Assembly: GCF_009914755.1 (NCBI RefSeq)
Contig: NC_060933.1
Length of the DNA: 64,000 nucleotides
Strand: one strand, 5' to 3'
Origin: the human T2T-CHM13v2.0 reference genome, Homo sapiens
Under the pieces are notes generated by a model. It made no database searches. It saw nothing but the letters and a program-made list of their open reading frames with translations, and was not told the origin of the DNA. The position numbers and the translations under genes are program-made. Shown here piece by piece: positions 1 to 14,200 of this stretch. The first letter of the stretch is position 1; each line of letters starts with the position of its first letter.

Positions 1-1985
1 AATGGAACGAAATGGAATGGAATGAAATGTAATGGAATGGAATGGAATCAACCCGAGTGCAGGGAAATGGAATGGAATTGAAGGCAATGGAATGGAATCA
101 TCCGGAATTGAATGGAATGGAATGGAATAAACTCGACTGCAATGGAATGGAATGGAATGGAATGGAATGGAACGGAATGGAATGGAATGGAATTAACCCG
201 AATAGAATGGAATGGAATGGAATGGAATGGAATGGAATGGAATGGAATGGAATGGAATGGTACGGAATAGAATGGAATGGAACGAAATGGAACGGAATGA
301 AATGGAATGGAATGGAATGGAATGGAATGGAATGGAATGGAATGGAACGGAATCAACCCGAGTGCAGGGGAATGGAATGGAATTGAAGTCAATGGAATAG
401 AATCATCCGGAATGGAATGGAATGGAATGGAATCAACTCGATTGCAATGGAATTGAATGGAATGGAATGGAATGGAATGGAATGGAATGGAATGGAATGG
501 AATTAATCCGAATAGAATGTAATAGAATGGAATGGAATGGAATGGAAGTAAATGGAATGGAATGGAATGAACCCGAGTGCAGGGGAATGGAATGGAATGG
601 AATGGAATGGAATGCAATGGAATGGAATGGAATGGAATGCAGTGGAATGAACTCGATTGCAATGGAATGGAATGGAATGGAAAGGAATACATTGGAATCA
701 ACCCGACTGGAATGGAATGGAAAGGACTGGAATGGAGTGGAATGGAATGGAATGGAATGGAATGGAATCAACTCGATTGGAATGGAATGGAATGGAATGG
801 AATGGAATTAACCCGAATAGAATGGAATGGAATGGAATGGAACAGAACGGAATGGAATGGAATGGAATGGAATGGAATGGAATGGAATGGAATCAACCCG
901 ACTGCAGGGGAATGGAATGGAATGGAATGCAATGGAATGGATTCAACGTGAATGGAATGGAAAGAATGGAATCAACACGAGTGGAATGGCATGGATTGGA
1001 ATGGAATGGAATGGAATCAACCCGAGTACAGGGGAATGGAATGGAATGTAACGCAATGGAATGGAATCATCCGTAATGGAAAGGAAAGGAATGGAATGGA
1101 ATGGAATGGAATGGAATGGAATGGAATGGAATCAACTCGATTGCAATCGAATGGAATGGAATGGAATTAACCCGAATAGAATGGAATGGAATGGAATGGA
1201 ACAGAACGGAAGAGAATGGAATGGATTGGAATGGAATGGAATGGAATGGAATGGAACGGAAAGGAATGGAATGGAATGGAATGGAATGGAATGGAATCAA
1301 CGCGAGTGCAGGGGAATGGAATGGAATGGAATGCAATGGAATGGAATCTTCCGGAATGGAATGGAATGGAATGGAATGGAATGGAATGGAATGGAATGGA
1401 ATAAACCAGAGTGCAATGGAATGGAGTGGAATGGAATGGAATGGAATGGAACAACCCGAATGGAATGGAATGGAATGGAGAGTAAGGGAGTTGAATAGAA
1501 TCAATCCGAATGTAATGCAATGGAATGGAACGGAATGCAATTGAATGGAATGGAATGGAATGCAATGGAATGGAATCAACCCGAGTGCAATGGAATGGAG
1601 AGGAATGGAATGGAATGGAATGGAAACTACCCGAATGGAATGGAATGTAATTGAGTGTAAGGGAATTGAATAGAATCAATCCGAATGTAATGGAATGGAA
1701 TGGAAAGGAATGGAATGGAACGGAATGGAATGGAATGGAATGGAATGGAATGGAATGGAATGGAATGCAATGGAATGGAATCAACCCGAGTGCAATCGAA
1801 TGGAATCGAATGGAATGGAATGCAATGGAATGGATTCAACTTGAATGGAATGGAAAGAATGGAATCAACACGAGTGGAATGGCATGGATTGGAATGGAAT
1901 GGAATGGAATCAACCCGAGTACAGGGGAATGGAATGGAATGGAATGCAATGGAATGCAATCATCCGTAATGGAATGGAAAGGAAT
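1..1985 (+). repeat. Near-identical copy of ~14094-16070 and ~19150-21135 (part of the 5.06 kb unit)
   Basis: Shared private variants: CAGGGAAATGG...TTGAAGGC, TTGAAGTCAAT, GGAAGTAAAT, TTCAACGTGAAT, GTAACGCAAT, ATAAACCAGAG, GTAATTGAGTGT. Matching ORFs are offset by 14093 (48 vs 14141) and 19158 (577 vs 19735). Confidence 0.9.
1343..1357. promoter_or_regulatory. Perfect heat shock element motif gGAAt-cTTCc-gGAAt (first of ~17 in the left arm)
   Basis: Exact match to nGAAnnTTCnnGAAn. Other starts: 2486, 3334, 4741, 5096, 5769, 6612, 8029, 8384, 9062, 9975, 15446, 16304, 20511, 21374, 23762, 25169. The motif match is direct; HSF1 occupancy is inferred. Confidence 0.6.
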
Positions 1986-2569
1986 GGAATCGAATGGAAT
2001 GCAATGGAATGGAATGGAATGGAATCAACTCGATTGCAATCGAATGGAATGGAATGGAATTAACCCGAATAGAATGGAATGGAATGGAATGGAACGGAAC
2101 GGAATGGAATGGAATGGAATGGAATGGAACGGAAAGGAAGGGAATGGAATGGAATAGAATGGAATGGAATGGAATCAATGCGAGTAAAGGGGAATAGAAT
2201 GGAATGGAATGCAATGGAATGGAATCATCCGTAATGGAATGGAAAGGAATGGAATGGAATGGAATGGAATGGAATGGAATTAAATGGAATCAACTCGATT
2301 GCAATCGAATGGAATTGAATGGAATTAACCCGAATAGAATGGAATGGAATGGAATGGAACGGAACGGAATGGAATGGAATGGAATGGAATGGAATGGAAC
2401 GGAAAGGAATGGAATGGAATGGAATGGAATGGAATGGAATCAACGCGAGTGCAGGGGAATGGAATGGAATGGAATGCAATGGAATGGAATCTTCCGGAAT
2501 GGAATGGAATGGAATGGAATGGAATGGAATGGAATGGAATGGAATAAACCCGAGTGCAATGGAATGGAG

Positions 2570-5500
2570 TGGAATGGAATGGAATGGAATGGAGCAACCC
2601 GAACGGAATGGAATGTAATGGAGAGTAAGGGAGTTGAATAGAATCAATCCGAATGTAATGGAATGTAATGCAATGGAATGGAACGGAATGGAATTGAATG
2701 GAATGGAATGGAATGCAATCAACCCGAGTGCAATGGAATGGAGAGGAATGGAATGGAATGCAATGGAAACTACCCGAATGGAATGGAATGTAATGGAGTG
2801 TAAGGGAATTGAATAGAATCAATCCGAATGTCATGGAATGGAATGGAACGGAATGGAATGGAATGGAATGGAATGGAATGAAATGCAATGGAATGGAATC
2901 AACCCGAGTGCAATCGAATGGAATCGAATGGAATGGAATGCAATGGAATGGATTCAACTTGAATGGAATGGAAAGAATGGAATCAACACGAGTGGAAGGG
3001 CATGGATTGGAATGCAATGGAATGGAATCAACCCGAGTACAGGGGAATGGAATGGAATGGAATGCAATAGAATGGAATCATCCGTAATGGAATGGAAAGG
3101 AATGGAATGGAATGGAATGGAATGGAATGGAATGGAATCAACACGATTGCAATCGAATGGAATGGAATGGAATTAACCCGAATAGAATGGAATGGAATGG
3201 AATGGAACGGAACGGAATGGAATGGAATGGAATGGAATGGAACGGAACGGAACGGAATGGAATGGAATGGAATGGAATGGAATGGAATCAACGCGAGTGC
3301 AGGGGAATGGAATGGAATGGAATGCAATGGAATGGAATCTTCCGGAATGGAATGGAATTGAATGGAATGGAATGGAATTAACCCGAATAGAATGGAATGG
3401 AATGGAATGGAACGGAATGGAATGGAATGGAATGGAATGGAATGGAATGGTATGGAAAGGAATGGAATGGTACGGAATAGAATGGAATGGAACGACTTGT
3501 AATGGAATGGAATTGAATGGAATGGAATGGAATGGAATGGAATCAACGCGAGTGCAGGGGAATGTAATGGAACGGAATGCAATGGAATGGAATCATCCGG
3601 AATGGAATGGAATGGAATGAAATGGAATGGAATCAACCCGAGTGCAATGGAATGGAGTGGAATGGAATGGAATGGAATGGAACAACACGAATGGAATGGA
3701 ATGTAATGGAGAGTAAGGGAGTTGAATAGAATCAATCCGAATGTAATGGAATGGAATGCAACGGAATGGAATGGAATGGAATGCAATGGAATGGAATGGA
3801 ATGGAATGCAAAGGAATGGAATCAACCCGAGTGGAATGGCATGGAATGGAATGCAATGGATTGGAATGGAATGGAATCAACTCGAGTGGAAAGGAATGGA
3901 ATGGAATGGAAAGGAATGGAATAAAGTCAACTCGAGTGGAATGGAATGGAATGGAAAGGATTGGAATGGATTGCAATGGAATGAAGTGGAATGGAATGGA
4001 ATGGAATCAATCATTCCGAGTGGAATATAAGGGAATGTAATGGAGTGGAAAGAAGGGAATGGAATCAACCCGAGTGGAATGCAAGGCAATGGAATGGAAT
4101 GGAAAGGAATGGAATGGAATCAAATCGATTGCAATGGAATGGAATGGAATGGAATGGAATGGAATGGAATGGAATTAACCGGAATAGAATGGAATGGAAT
4201 GGAATGGAACGGAATGGAATGGAATGGAAGGGAATGGAATCAACACGAGTGCAGGGGAATGGAATGGAATGGAATGCAATGGAATGGAATCATCCGGAAT
4301 GGAATGGAATGGAATGGAATCAACTCCATTGCAATGGAATGGAATGGAATGGAATAGAATGGAATGGAATTAACCCGAATAGAATGGAATGCAATAGAAG
4401 GGAATGCAACGGAACCGAATGGAGTGGAATGGAATGAAATGGATTCAACCCGAGTACAGGGGAATGGAATGGAATGGAAAGCAATGGATTGGAGTCATCC
4501 GTCATGGAATGGAAAGGAATGGAATGGAATGGAATGGAATGGAATGGAATGGAATCAACTGGATGGCAATCGAATGGAATGGAATGGAATTAACCCGAAT
4601 AGAATGGAATGGAATGGAATGGAACGGAACGGAATGGAATGGAATGGAATGGAATGGAACGGAACGGAATGGAATGGAATGGAATGGAATGGAATCAACG
4701 CGAGTGCAGGGGAATGGAATGGAATGGAATGTAATGGAATGGAATATTCCGGAATGGAATGGAATGGAATGGAATGGAATGAAAGGCAATGGATTCAACT
4801 CGATTGCAATGGAATGGAATAGAATGGAACGGAATGGAATGGAATGGAATGGAATGGAATGGAATGGAATGGAATGGAATCAACTCGATGGCAATCGAAT
4901 GGAATGGAATGGAATTAACCCTAATAGAATGGAATGGAATGGAATGGAACAGAACGGAATGGAATGGAATGGAATGGAATGGAATGGAATGGAATGGAAC
5001 GGAACGTAATGGAATGGAATGGAATGGAATGGAATGGAAAGGAATGGAATCAACGCGAGTGCAGGGGAATGGAATGTAATGGAATGCAATGGAATGGAAT
5101 CTTCCGGAATGGAATGGAATGTAATGGAATCAACCCGAGTGCAATGGAATGGAGTGGAATGGAATGGAATGGAATGGAACAACCCGAATGGAATCGAATG
5201 TAATGGAGAGTAAGGGAGTTGAATAGAATCAATCCGAATGTAATGGAATGGAATGGAACGGAATGGAATGGAATGGAATGGAATGGAATGGAATGGAATG
5301 GAATGCAATGGAATGGAATCAACCCGAGTGCAATCGAATTGAATCGAATGGAATGGAATGCAATGGAATGGATTCAACTAGAATGGAATGGAAAGAATGG
5401 AATCAACACGAGTGGAAGGGCATGGATTGGAATGGAATGGAATGGAATCAACCCGAGTACAGGGGAATGGAATGGAATGGAATGCAATGGAATGGAATCA

Positions 5501-8500
5501 TCCGTAATGGAATGGAAAGGAATGGAATGGAATGGAATGGAATGGAATGGAATGGAATGGAATGGAATCAACTCGATTGCAATCGAATGGAATGGAATGG
5601 AATTAACCCGAATAGAATGGAATGGAATGGAACGGAACGGAACGGAACGGAATGGAATGGAATGGAATGGAATGGAACGGAAAGGAAGGGAATGGAATGG
5701 AATAGAATGGAATAGAATGGAATCAACGCGAGTGCAGGGGAATGGAATGGAATGGAATGCAATGGAATGGAATCTTCCGGAATGGAATGGAATGGAATGG
5801 AATGGAATGGAATGGAATCAACCCGAGTGCAATGGAATGGAGTGGAATGGAATGGAATGGAATGGAGCAACCCGAACGGAATGGAATGTAATGGAGAGTA
5901 AGGGAGTTGAATAGAATCAATCCGAATGTAATGGAATGTAATGCAATGGAATGGAACGGAATGGAATTGAATGGAATGGAATGGAATGCAATCAACCCGA
6001 GTGCAATGGAATGGAGAGGAATGGAATGGAATGGAATGGAAACTACCCGAATGGAATGGAATGTAATGGAGTGTAAGGGAATTGAATAGAATCAATCCGA
6101 ATGTCATGGAATGGAATGGAACGGAATGGAATGGAATGGAATGGAATGGAATGAAATGCAATGGAATGGAATCAACCCGAGTGCAATCGAATGGAATCGA
6201 ATGCAATGGAATGCAATGGAATGGATTCAACTTGAATGGAATGGAAAGAATGGAATCAACACGAGTGGAAGGGCATGGATTGGAATGCAATGGAATGGAA
6301 TCAACCCGAGTACAGGGGAATGGAATGGAATGGAATGCAATAGAATGGAATCATCCGTAATGGAATGGAAAGGAATGGAATGGAATGGAATGGAATGGAA
6401 TGGAATGGAATCAACACGATTGCAATCGAATGGAATGGAATGGAATTAACCCGAATAGAATGGAATGGAATGGAATGGAACGGAACGGAATGGAATGGAA
6501 TGGAATGGAATGGAATGGAACGGAACGGAACGGAATGGAATGGAATGGAATGGAATGGAATGGAATCAACGCGAGTGCAGGGGAATGGAATGGAATGGAA
6601 TGCAATGGAATGGAATCTTCCGGAATGGAATGGAATTGAATGGAATGGAATGGAATTAACCCGAATAGAATGGAATGGAATGGAATGGAACGGAATGGAA
6701 CGGAATGGAATGGAATGGAATGGAATGGAATGGAATGGTATGGAAAGGAATGGAATGGTACGGAATAGAATGGAATGGAACGACTTGTAATGGAATGGAA
6801 TTGAATGGAATGGAATGGAATGGAATGGAATCAACGCGAGTGCAGGGGAATGTAATGGAACGGAATGCAATGGAATGGAATCATCCGGAATGGAATGGAA
6901 TGGAATGAAATGGAATGGAATCAACCCGAGTGCAATGGAATGGAGTGGAATGGAATGGAATGGAATGGAACAACACGAATGGAATGGAATGTAATGGAGA
7001 GTAAGGGAGTTGAATAGAATCAATCCGAATGTAATGGAATGGAATGCAACGGAATGGAATGGAATGGAATGCAATGGAATGGAATGGAATGGAATGCAAA
7101 GGAATGGAATCAACCCGAGTGGAATGGCATGGAATGGAATGCAATGGATTGGAATGGAATGGAATCAACTCGAGTGGAAAGGAATGGAATGGAATGGAAA
7201 GGAATGGAATAAAGTCAACTCGAGTGGAATGGAATGGAATGGAAAGGATTGGAATGGATTGCAATGGAATGAAGTGGAATGGAATGGAATGGAATCAATC
7301 ATTCCGAGTGGAATATAAGGGAATGTAATGGAGTGGAAAGAAGGGAATGGAATCAACCCGAGTGGAATGCAAGGCAATGGAATGGAATGGAAAGGAATGG
7401 AATGGAATCAAATCGATTGCAATGGAATGGAATGGAATGGAATGGAATGGAATGGAATGGAATTAACCGGAATAGAATGGAATGGAATGGAATGGAACGG
7501 AATGGAATGGAATGGAAGGGAATGGAATCAACACGAGTGCAGGGGAATGGAATGGAATGGAATGCAATGGAATGGAATCATCCGGAATGGAATGGAATGG
7601 AATGGAATCAACTCCATTGCAATGGAATGGAATGGAATGGAATAGAATGGAATGGAATTAACCCGAATAGAATGGAATGCAATAGAAGGGAATGCAACGG
7701 AACCGAATGGAGTGGAATGGAATGAAATGGATTCAACCCGAGTACAGGGGAATGGAATGGAATGGAAAGCAATGGATTGGAGTCATCCGTCATGGAATGG
7801 AAAGGAATGGAATGGAATGGAATGGAATGGAATGGAATGGAATCAACTGGATGGCAATCGAATGGAATGGAATGGAATTAACCCGAATAGAATGGAATGG
7901 AATGGAATGGAACGGAACGGAATGGAATGGAATGGAATGGAATGGAACGGAACGGAATGGAATGGAATGGAATGGAATGGAATCAACGCGAGTGCAGGGG
8001 AATGGAATGGAATGGAATGTAATGGAATGGAATATTCCGGAATGGAATGGAATGGAATGGAATGGAATGGAATGAAAGGCAATGGATTCAACTCGATTGC
8101 AATGGAATGGAATAGAATGGAACGGAATGGAATGGAATGGAATGGAATGGAATGGAATGGAATGGAATGGAATCAACTCGATGGCAATCGAATGGAATGG
8201 AATGGAATTAACCCTAATAGAATGGAATGGAATGGAATGGAACAGAACGGAATGGAATGGAATGGAATGGAATGGAATGGAATGGAACGGAACGTAATGG
8301 AATGGAATGGAATGGAATGGAATGGAAAGGAATGGAATCAACGCGAGTGCAGGGGAATGGAATGTAATGGAATGCAATGGAATGGAATCTTCCGGAATGG
8401 AATGGAATGTAATGGAATCAACCCGAGTGCAATGGAATGGAGTGGAATGGAATGGAATGGAATGGAACAACCCAAATGGAATCGAATGTAATGGAGAGTA

Positions 8501-9900
8501 AGGGAGTTGAATAGAATCAATCCGAATGTAATGGAATGGAATGGAACGGAATGGAATGGAATGGAATGGAATGGAATGGAATGGAATGGAATGCAATGGA
8601 ATGGAATCAACCCGAGTGCAATCGAATTGAATCGAATGGAATGGAATGCAATGGAATGGATTCAACTAGAATGGAATGGAAAGAATGGAATCAACACGAG
8701 TGGAAGGGCATGGATTGGAATGGAATGGAATGGAATCAACCCGAGTACAGGGGAATGGAATGGAATGGAATGCAATGGAATGGAATCATCCGTAATGGAA
8801 TGGAAAGGAATGGAATGGAATGGAATGGAATGGAATGGAATGGAATGGAATGGAATCAACTCGATTGCAATCGAATGGAATGGAATGGAATTAACCCGAA
8901 TAGAATGGAATGGAATGGAATGGAACGGAACGGAACGGAACGGAATGGAATGGAATGGAATGGAATGGAACGGAAAGGAAGGGAATGGAATGGAATAGAA
9001 TGGAATAGAATGGAATCAACGCGAGTGCAGGGGAATGGAATGGAATGGAATGCAATGGAATGGAATCTTCCGGAATGGAATGGAATGGAATGGAATGGAA
9101 TGGAATGGAACGGAACGGAACGGAACGGAACGGAACGGAACGGAATGGAATGGAATGGAATGGAATGGAATGGAATAAACGCGAGTGTAGGGGAATGGAA
9201 TGGAATGGAATCAACCCGAGTGAAATCGAATGGAATCGAATGGAATGGAATGCAATGGAATGGATTCAACTTGAACGGAATGGAAAGAATGGAATCAACA
9301 CGAGTGGAAGGGCATGGATTGGAATGCAATGGAATGGAATCAACCCGAGTGCAATGGAATGGAGAGGAATGGAATGGAATGGAATGGAAACTACCCGAAT
9401 GGAATGGAATGTAATGGAGTGTAACGGAATTGAATAGAATCAATCCGAATGTAATGGAATGGAATGGAACCGAATGGAATGAAATGGAATGGAATGGAAT
9501 GGAATGGAATGCAATGGAATGGAATCAACCCGAGTGCAATCGAATGGAATCGAATGGAATGGAATACAATGGAATGGATTCAACTTGAATGGAATGGAAA
9601 GAATGGAATCAACACGAGTGGAAGGGCATGGATTGGAATGCAATGGAATGGAATCAACCCGAGTACAGGGGAATGGAATGGAATGGAATGCAATGGAATG
9701 GAATCATCCGTAATGGAATGGAAAGGAATGGAATGGAATGGAATGGAATGGAATGGAATGGAATCAACACGATTGCAATCGAATGGAATGGAATGGAATT
9801 AACCCGAATAGAATGGAATGGAATGGAATGGAACGGAACGGAATGGAATGGAATGGAATGGAATGGAATGGAACGGAACGGAACGGAACGGAACGGAATG
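2570..9900 (+). repeat. Higher-order tandem duplication, unit ~3.27-3.29 kb, two copies plus a rearranged partial third
   Basis: Private markers recur: GGAGCAACCCGAACGG (~2591/5864), AACGACTTGT (~3491/6779), AAAGTCAACTCGAG, GTCATCCGTCATGG (~4494/7782), TTAACCCTAATAG, TTCAACTAGA (~5373/8661). Identical ORFs are offset by 3273-3288. The CAACACGATTGC block recurs again near 9765. Confidence 0.9.
9107..9141 (+). repeat. (GGAAC)7 variant pentamer run
   Basis: Seven consecutive GGAAC units, giving a CpG every 5 bp. A sister (GGAAC)5 run lies at 9870-9894; both are followed by the private ATAAACGCGAGTGTAGGGG variant. Confidence 0.9.
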
Positions 9901-11254
9901 GAATGGAATGGAATGGAATGGAATGGAATAAACGCGAGTGTAGGGGAATGGAATGGAATGGAATGCAATGGAATGGAATCTTCCGGAATGGAATGGGATG
10001 GAATGGAATGGAATGGAATGAAATGCAATGGATTCCACTCGATTGCACTGGAATGGAATAGAATGGAATGGAGTGGAATGGAATGGAATGGAATTAACCA
10101 GAATAGAATGGAATGGAATGGAATGGAATGGAATGGAATGGAATGGAATGGAATGGAATGGAATTAACCCGAATAGAATGGAATGGAATGGAATTGAACG
10201 GAATGGAATGGAATGGAATGGAATGGAATGGAATGGAATGGAATGGAATCAACCCGACTGCAGGGGAAAGGAATGGAATGGAATGGAATGGAATGGAATG
10301 GAATGGAATGGAATCATCCGGAACGGAATGGACTGGAATGCAATGGAATCAACTCGATTGCAATGGAATGGAATGGAATGGAATGGAATCGAATGGAATG
10401 GAATGGAATTAACCGGAATAGAATGGAATGGAATGGAATGGAACGGAACGGAATGGAATGGAATGGAATGGAATGGAATGGAATGGAATGGAATCAACCC
10501 GAGTGCAGGGGAATGGAATGGAAAGGAATGCAATGGAATGGAATCATCCGGAATGGAATGGAATGGAATGGAATGCAATCAACCTGATGCAATGGAATGG
10601 AGTGGAATGGAATGGAATGGAATGGAAACATCCCGAATGGAATGGAATGTAATGGAGTGTAAGGGAATTGAATAGAATCAATCCGAATGTAATGGAATGG
10701 AATGGAATGAAATGGAATGGAATGGAATGGAATGGAATCAACCCGACTGCAATAGAATGGATTCGAATGGAATGGAATGGAATGGAATGGATTCAACAAG
10801 AATGGAATGGAAAGGAATGGAATCAACCCGAGTGTAATGGCATGGAATGGAACGGAATGGAATGGGATGGAATGGAATGGTACGGAATAGAATGGAATGG
10901 AATGAAATGGAATGGAATGGAATGGAATGGAATGGAATGGAATGGAATGGAATGGAATGAACCCGTGTGCAATGGAATGGACTGGCATGGAATGGAATGG
11001 AATGGATTCAACTCGAATGGAATCAACTCGATTGCAATGGAATGGAATGGAATTGAAAGGAATAGAATGGAATCAACCCGAGTGGAATGGAATGGAAAGG
11101 ACACGAATGGAGTGGAATGGAATGGAATGGAATTAACCAGAATAGAATGAAATGGAACGGAATGGAATGGAATGTAATGGAATGGAATGGAATGGAATCA
11201 ACCCGAGTGCAGGGGAATGGAATGGAATGGAGTGCAATGGAATGGAATCATCCG

Positions 11255-14200
11255 GAATGGAATGGAATGGAATGGAATGGAATGAAATGGAATGGAATGG
11301 AATGGAATCAACTCGATTTCAATGGAATGGAATGGAATAGAATGGAATGGAATTAGCACGAATAGAATGGAATGGAATGGAATTGAATGGAACAGAAAGG
11401 AATGGAATGGAATGGAATGGAATCAACCCAAGTGCAGGGGAATGGAATGGAATGGAATTCAATGGAATGGAATCATCCGGAATGGAATGGAATGGAATGG
11501 AATGGAATGGAATGGAATCAACCCGAGCGCAATCGAATGGAGAGGAATGGAATGGAATGGAATGGAAACTACACGAATCGAATGGAATGTAACGGAGTGT
11601 AAGGGAATTGTATAGAATGAATCCGAATGGAATGGAATGGAAAGGAATGGAATGGAATGGAAAGGAATGGAATGGAATGCAATGGAATGGAATCAACCCG
11701 AGTGCAAACGAATGGAATCGAATGGAATGGAATGCAATGGAATGGATTCAACTTGAATGGAATGGAAAGAATGGAATCAACAAGAGTGGAATGGTATGGA
11801 TTGGAATGGAATGGAATGGAATCAACCCGAGTACAGGGGAATGGAATGGAATGGAATGAAATGGAATGGAATCATCCGTAATGTAATGGAAAGGAATGGA
11901 ATGGAATGGAATGGAATGGAATGGAATGGAATGGAATGGAATCAACTCTATTGCAATCGAATGGAATGGAATGGAATTAACCCGAATAGAATGGAATGGA
12001 ATGGAATGGAATGGAATGGAATGGAATGGAACGGAACGGAACGGAATGGAATGGAATGGAATGGAATGGAATGGAATGGAACGGAACGGAATGGAATGGA
12101 ATGGAATGGAATGGAATGGAATGCAATGGAACGGATCAGAATGGAATGGAATGGAATGGAATAGAATGGAATGGAATCAACGCGAGTGCAGGGGAATGGA
12201 ATGGAATGGAATGCAATGGAATCAACTAGATTGCAATGGAATGGAATGGAATGGAATGGAATGGAATGGAATGGAATGGAATTAACCTGAACAGAATGGA
12301 ATGGAATGGAATGGAATGGAATGGAATGGAATGGAACGGAATGGAATGGAATGGAATGGAATGTAATCAACCCGAGTGCAGGGGAATGGAACGGAATGGA
12401 ATGCAATGGAATGGAATCATCCGGAATGGAATGGAATGGAATGGAATGCAATGGAATGGAATCAATCAACCCGAGTGCAATGCAATGGAGTGTAATGGAA
12501 TCGAATGGAATGGAAACTACCCGAATGGAATGGAATGTAATGGAGTGTAAGGGAATTGAAAAAAATCAATCCGAATGTAATGGAATGGAATGGAACGGAA
12601 TGAAATGGAATGGCATGGAATGGAATGGAATCAACCCGAGTGCAATGGAATGGAATTGAACGGAATGGAATGGAAAGGAATGGATTCAACCCGAATGGAA
12701 TGGAAAGGAATGGAATAAACCCGAGTGGAATGGCATGGAATGGAATGAAATGGAGTGGAATGGAATGGAATGGAATGGAATGGTACGGAATAGAATGGAA
12801 TGGAACGAAATGGAATAGAATGGAATGGAAAGGAATGGAATGCAAACGTGTGCAATGGATTGGAATGGAATGGAATGGAATGGAATGGAATGGGTTCGAC
12901 TCGAATGGAATGGAAGGGAATGGAATCAACCCGAGTGGAATGGCATGGAATGGAATGGAATGGAATGGAATGGAATGGAATGGAACGGAATGGAAACAAC
13001 ACGAGTGCAATGTAATGGAATCGAATGGAATGGAATGGAATGGAATGGAATGGATTTAACCCGAATGGAATGGAAAGGAATGGAATAAACCCGAGTGGAA
13101 TGGCATGGAATGGAGTCTAATGGAATGGAATGGAATGCAATGGTATGGAATAGAATGGAATGGAACGAAATGGAATGGAATGGAATGGAATGGAATGAAA
13201 TGAACCCGTGTGCAATGGAATGGAATGGAATGGAATGGAATGGAATGGGTTCTACTCGAATGGAATGGAAAGGAATGGAATCAACCCGAGTAGAATGGCA
13301 TGGAATGGAATGGAATGGAATGGAATGGAATGGAATGGAATGTTACGGAATAGAATGGACTGGAGCGAAATGGAATGGAATGGAATGGAATGGAATGGAA
13401 TGGAATGGAGTGGAATGAAATCGTGTGCAATGGAATGGAATGGAATGGAATGGAATGGAATGGAATGGACTGGAATGGAATGGAATGGAATGGAGTGGAA
13501 TGGAATGGAATGGGTTCAACTCGAATGGAATGGAAAGGAATGGAATCAACCCGAGTGGAGTGTCATGGAATGGAATGGAATAGTATGGAATGGAATGGAA
13601 TGGAATCATCCCGAGTGCAATGTAATGGAATCGAAAGGAATGGAATGGAATGGAATGGATTCAACCCGAATGGAATGAAAAGAAATGGAATAAACCCGAG
13701 TGGAATGGCATGGAATGGAGTGGAATTGAATGGAATGGAATGGTACAGAATAGAATGGAATGGAACGAAATGGAATGGAATGGAATGGAATGGAATGGAA
13801 TGGAATGAACCCGTGTGCAATGGAATGGAATGGAATGGAATGGAATGGAATGGAATGGAATGGATTCAACTCGAATGGAATGGAAGGGAAAGGAATCAAC
13901 CCGAGTGGAATGGCATGGAATGGAGTGGAATGGAATGGAATGGAATGGAATGGAATAGAATGGAATGGCATGGAATGGTACGGAATAGAATGGAATGGAA
14001 CGAAATGGAATGGAATGAAATGGAATGGAATGGAATGGAACGGAATAGAATGGTATGGAATGGAATGGAATGGAATGGTACGGAATAGAATGGAATGGAA
14101 CGAAATGGAATGGAATGAAATGTAATGGAATGGAATGGAATCAACCCGAGTGCAGGGAAATGGAATGGAATTGAAGGCAATGGAATGGAATCATCCGGAA

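Noticed and set aside
360-372. GGGG tracts in CAGGGG modules as G-quadruplex motifs
   Set aside because: The G4 runs are isolated and usually hundreds of bp apart, so no canonical four-tract G3+ motif is present.
1779-1810. Firm assignment to human chromosome 9q12 (HSat3B5 / pHuR98-like)
   Set aside because: The AATCAACCCGAGTGCAATCG motif, HSE density and internal inversion fit my recollection of the 9q12 array. I cannot run the alignment, and other human or great-ape arrays are not excluded. Mapping to T2T assemblies would decide.
12556-12570. A7 tract (TTGAAAAAAATCAAT, also ~17611) as a retro-insertion tail or terminator
   Set aside because: It is a two-substitution variant of the standard TTGAATAGAATCAAT module, with unchanged length and no target-site duplication.
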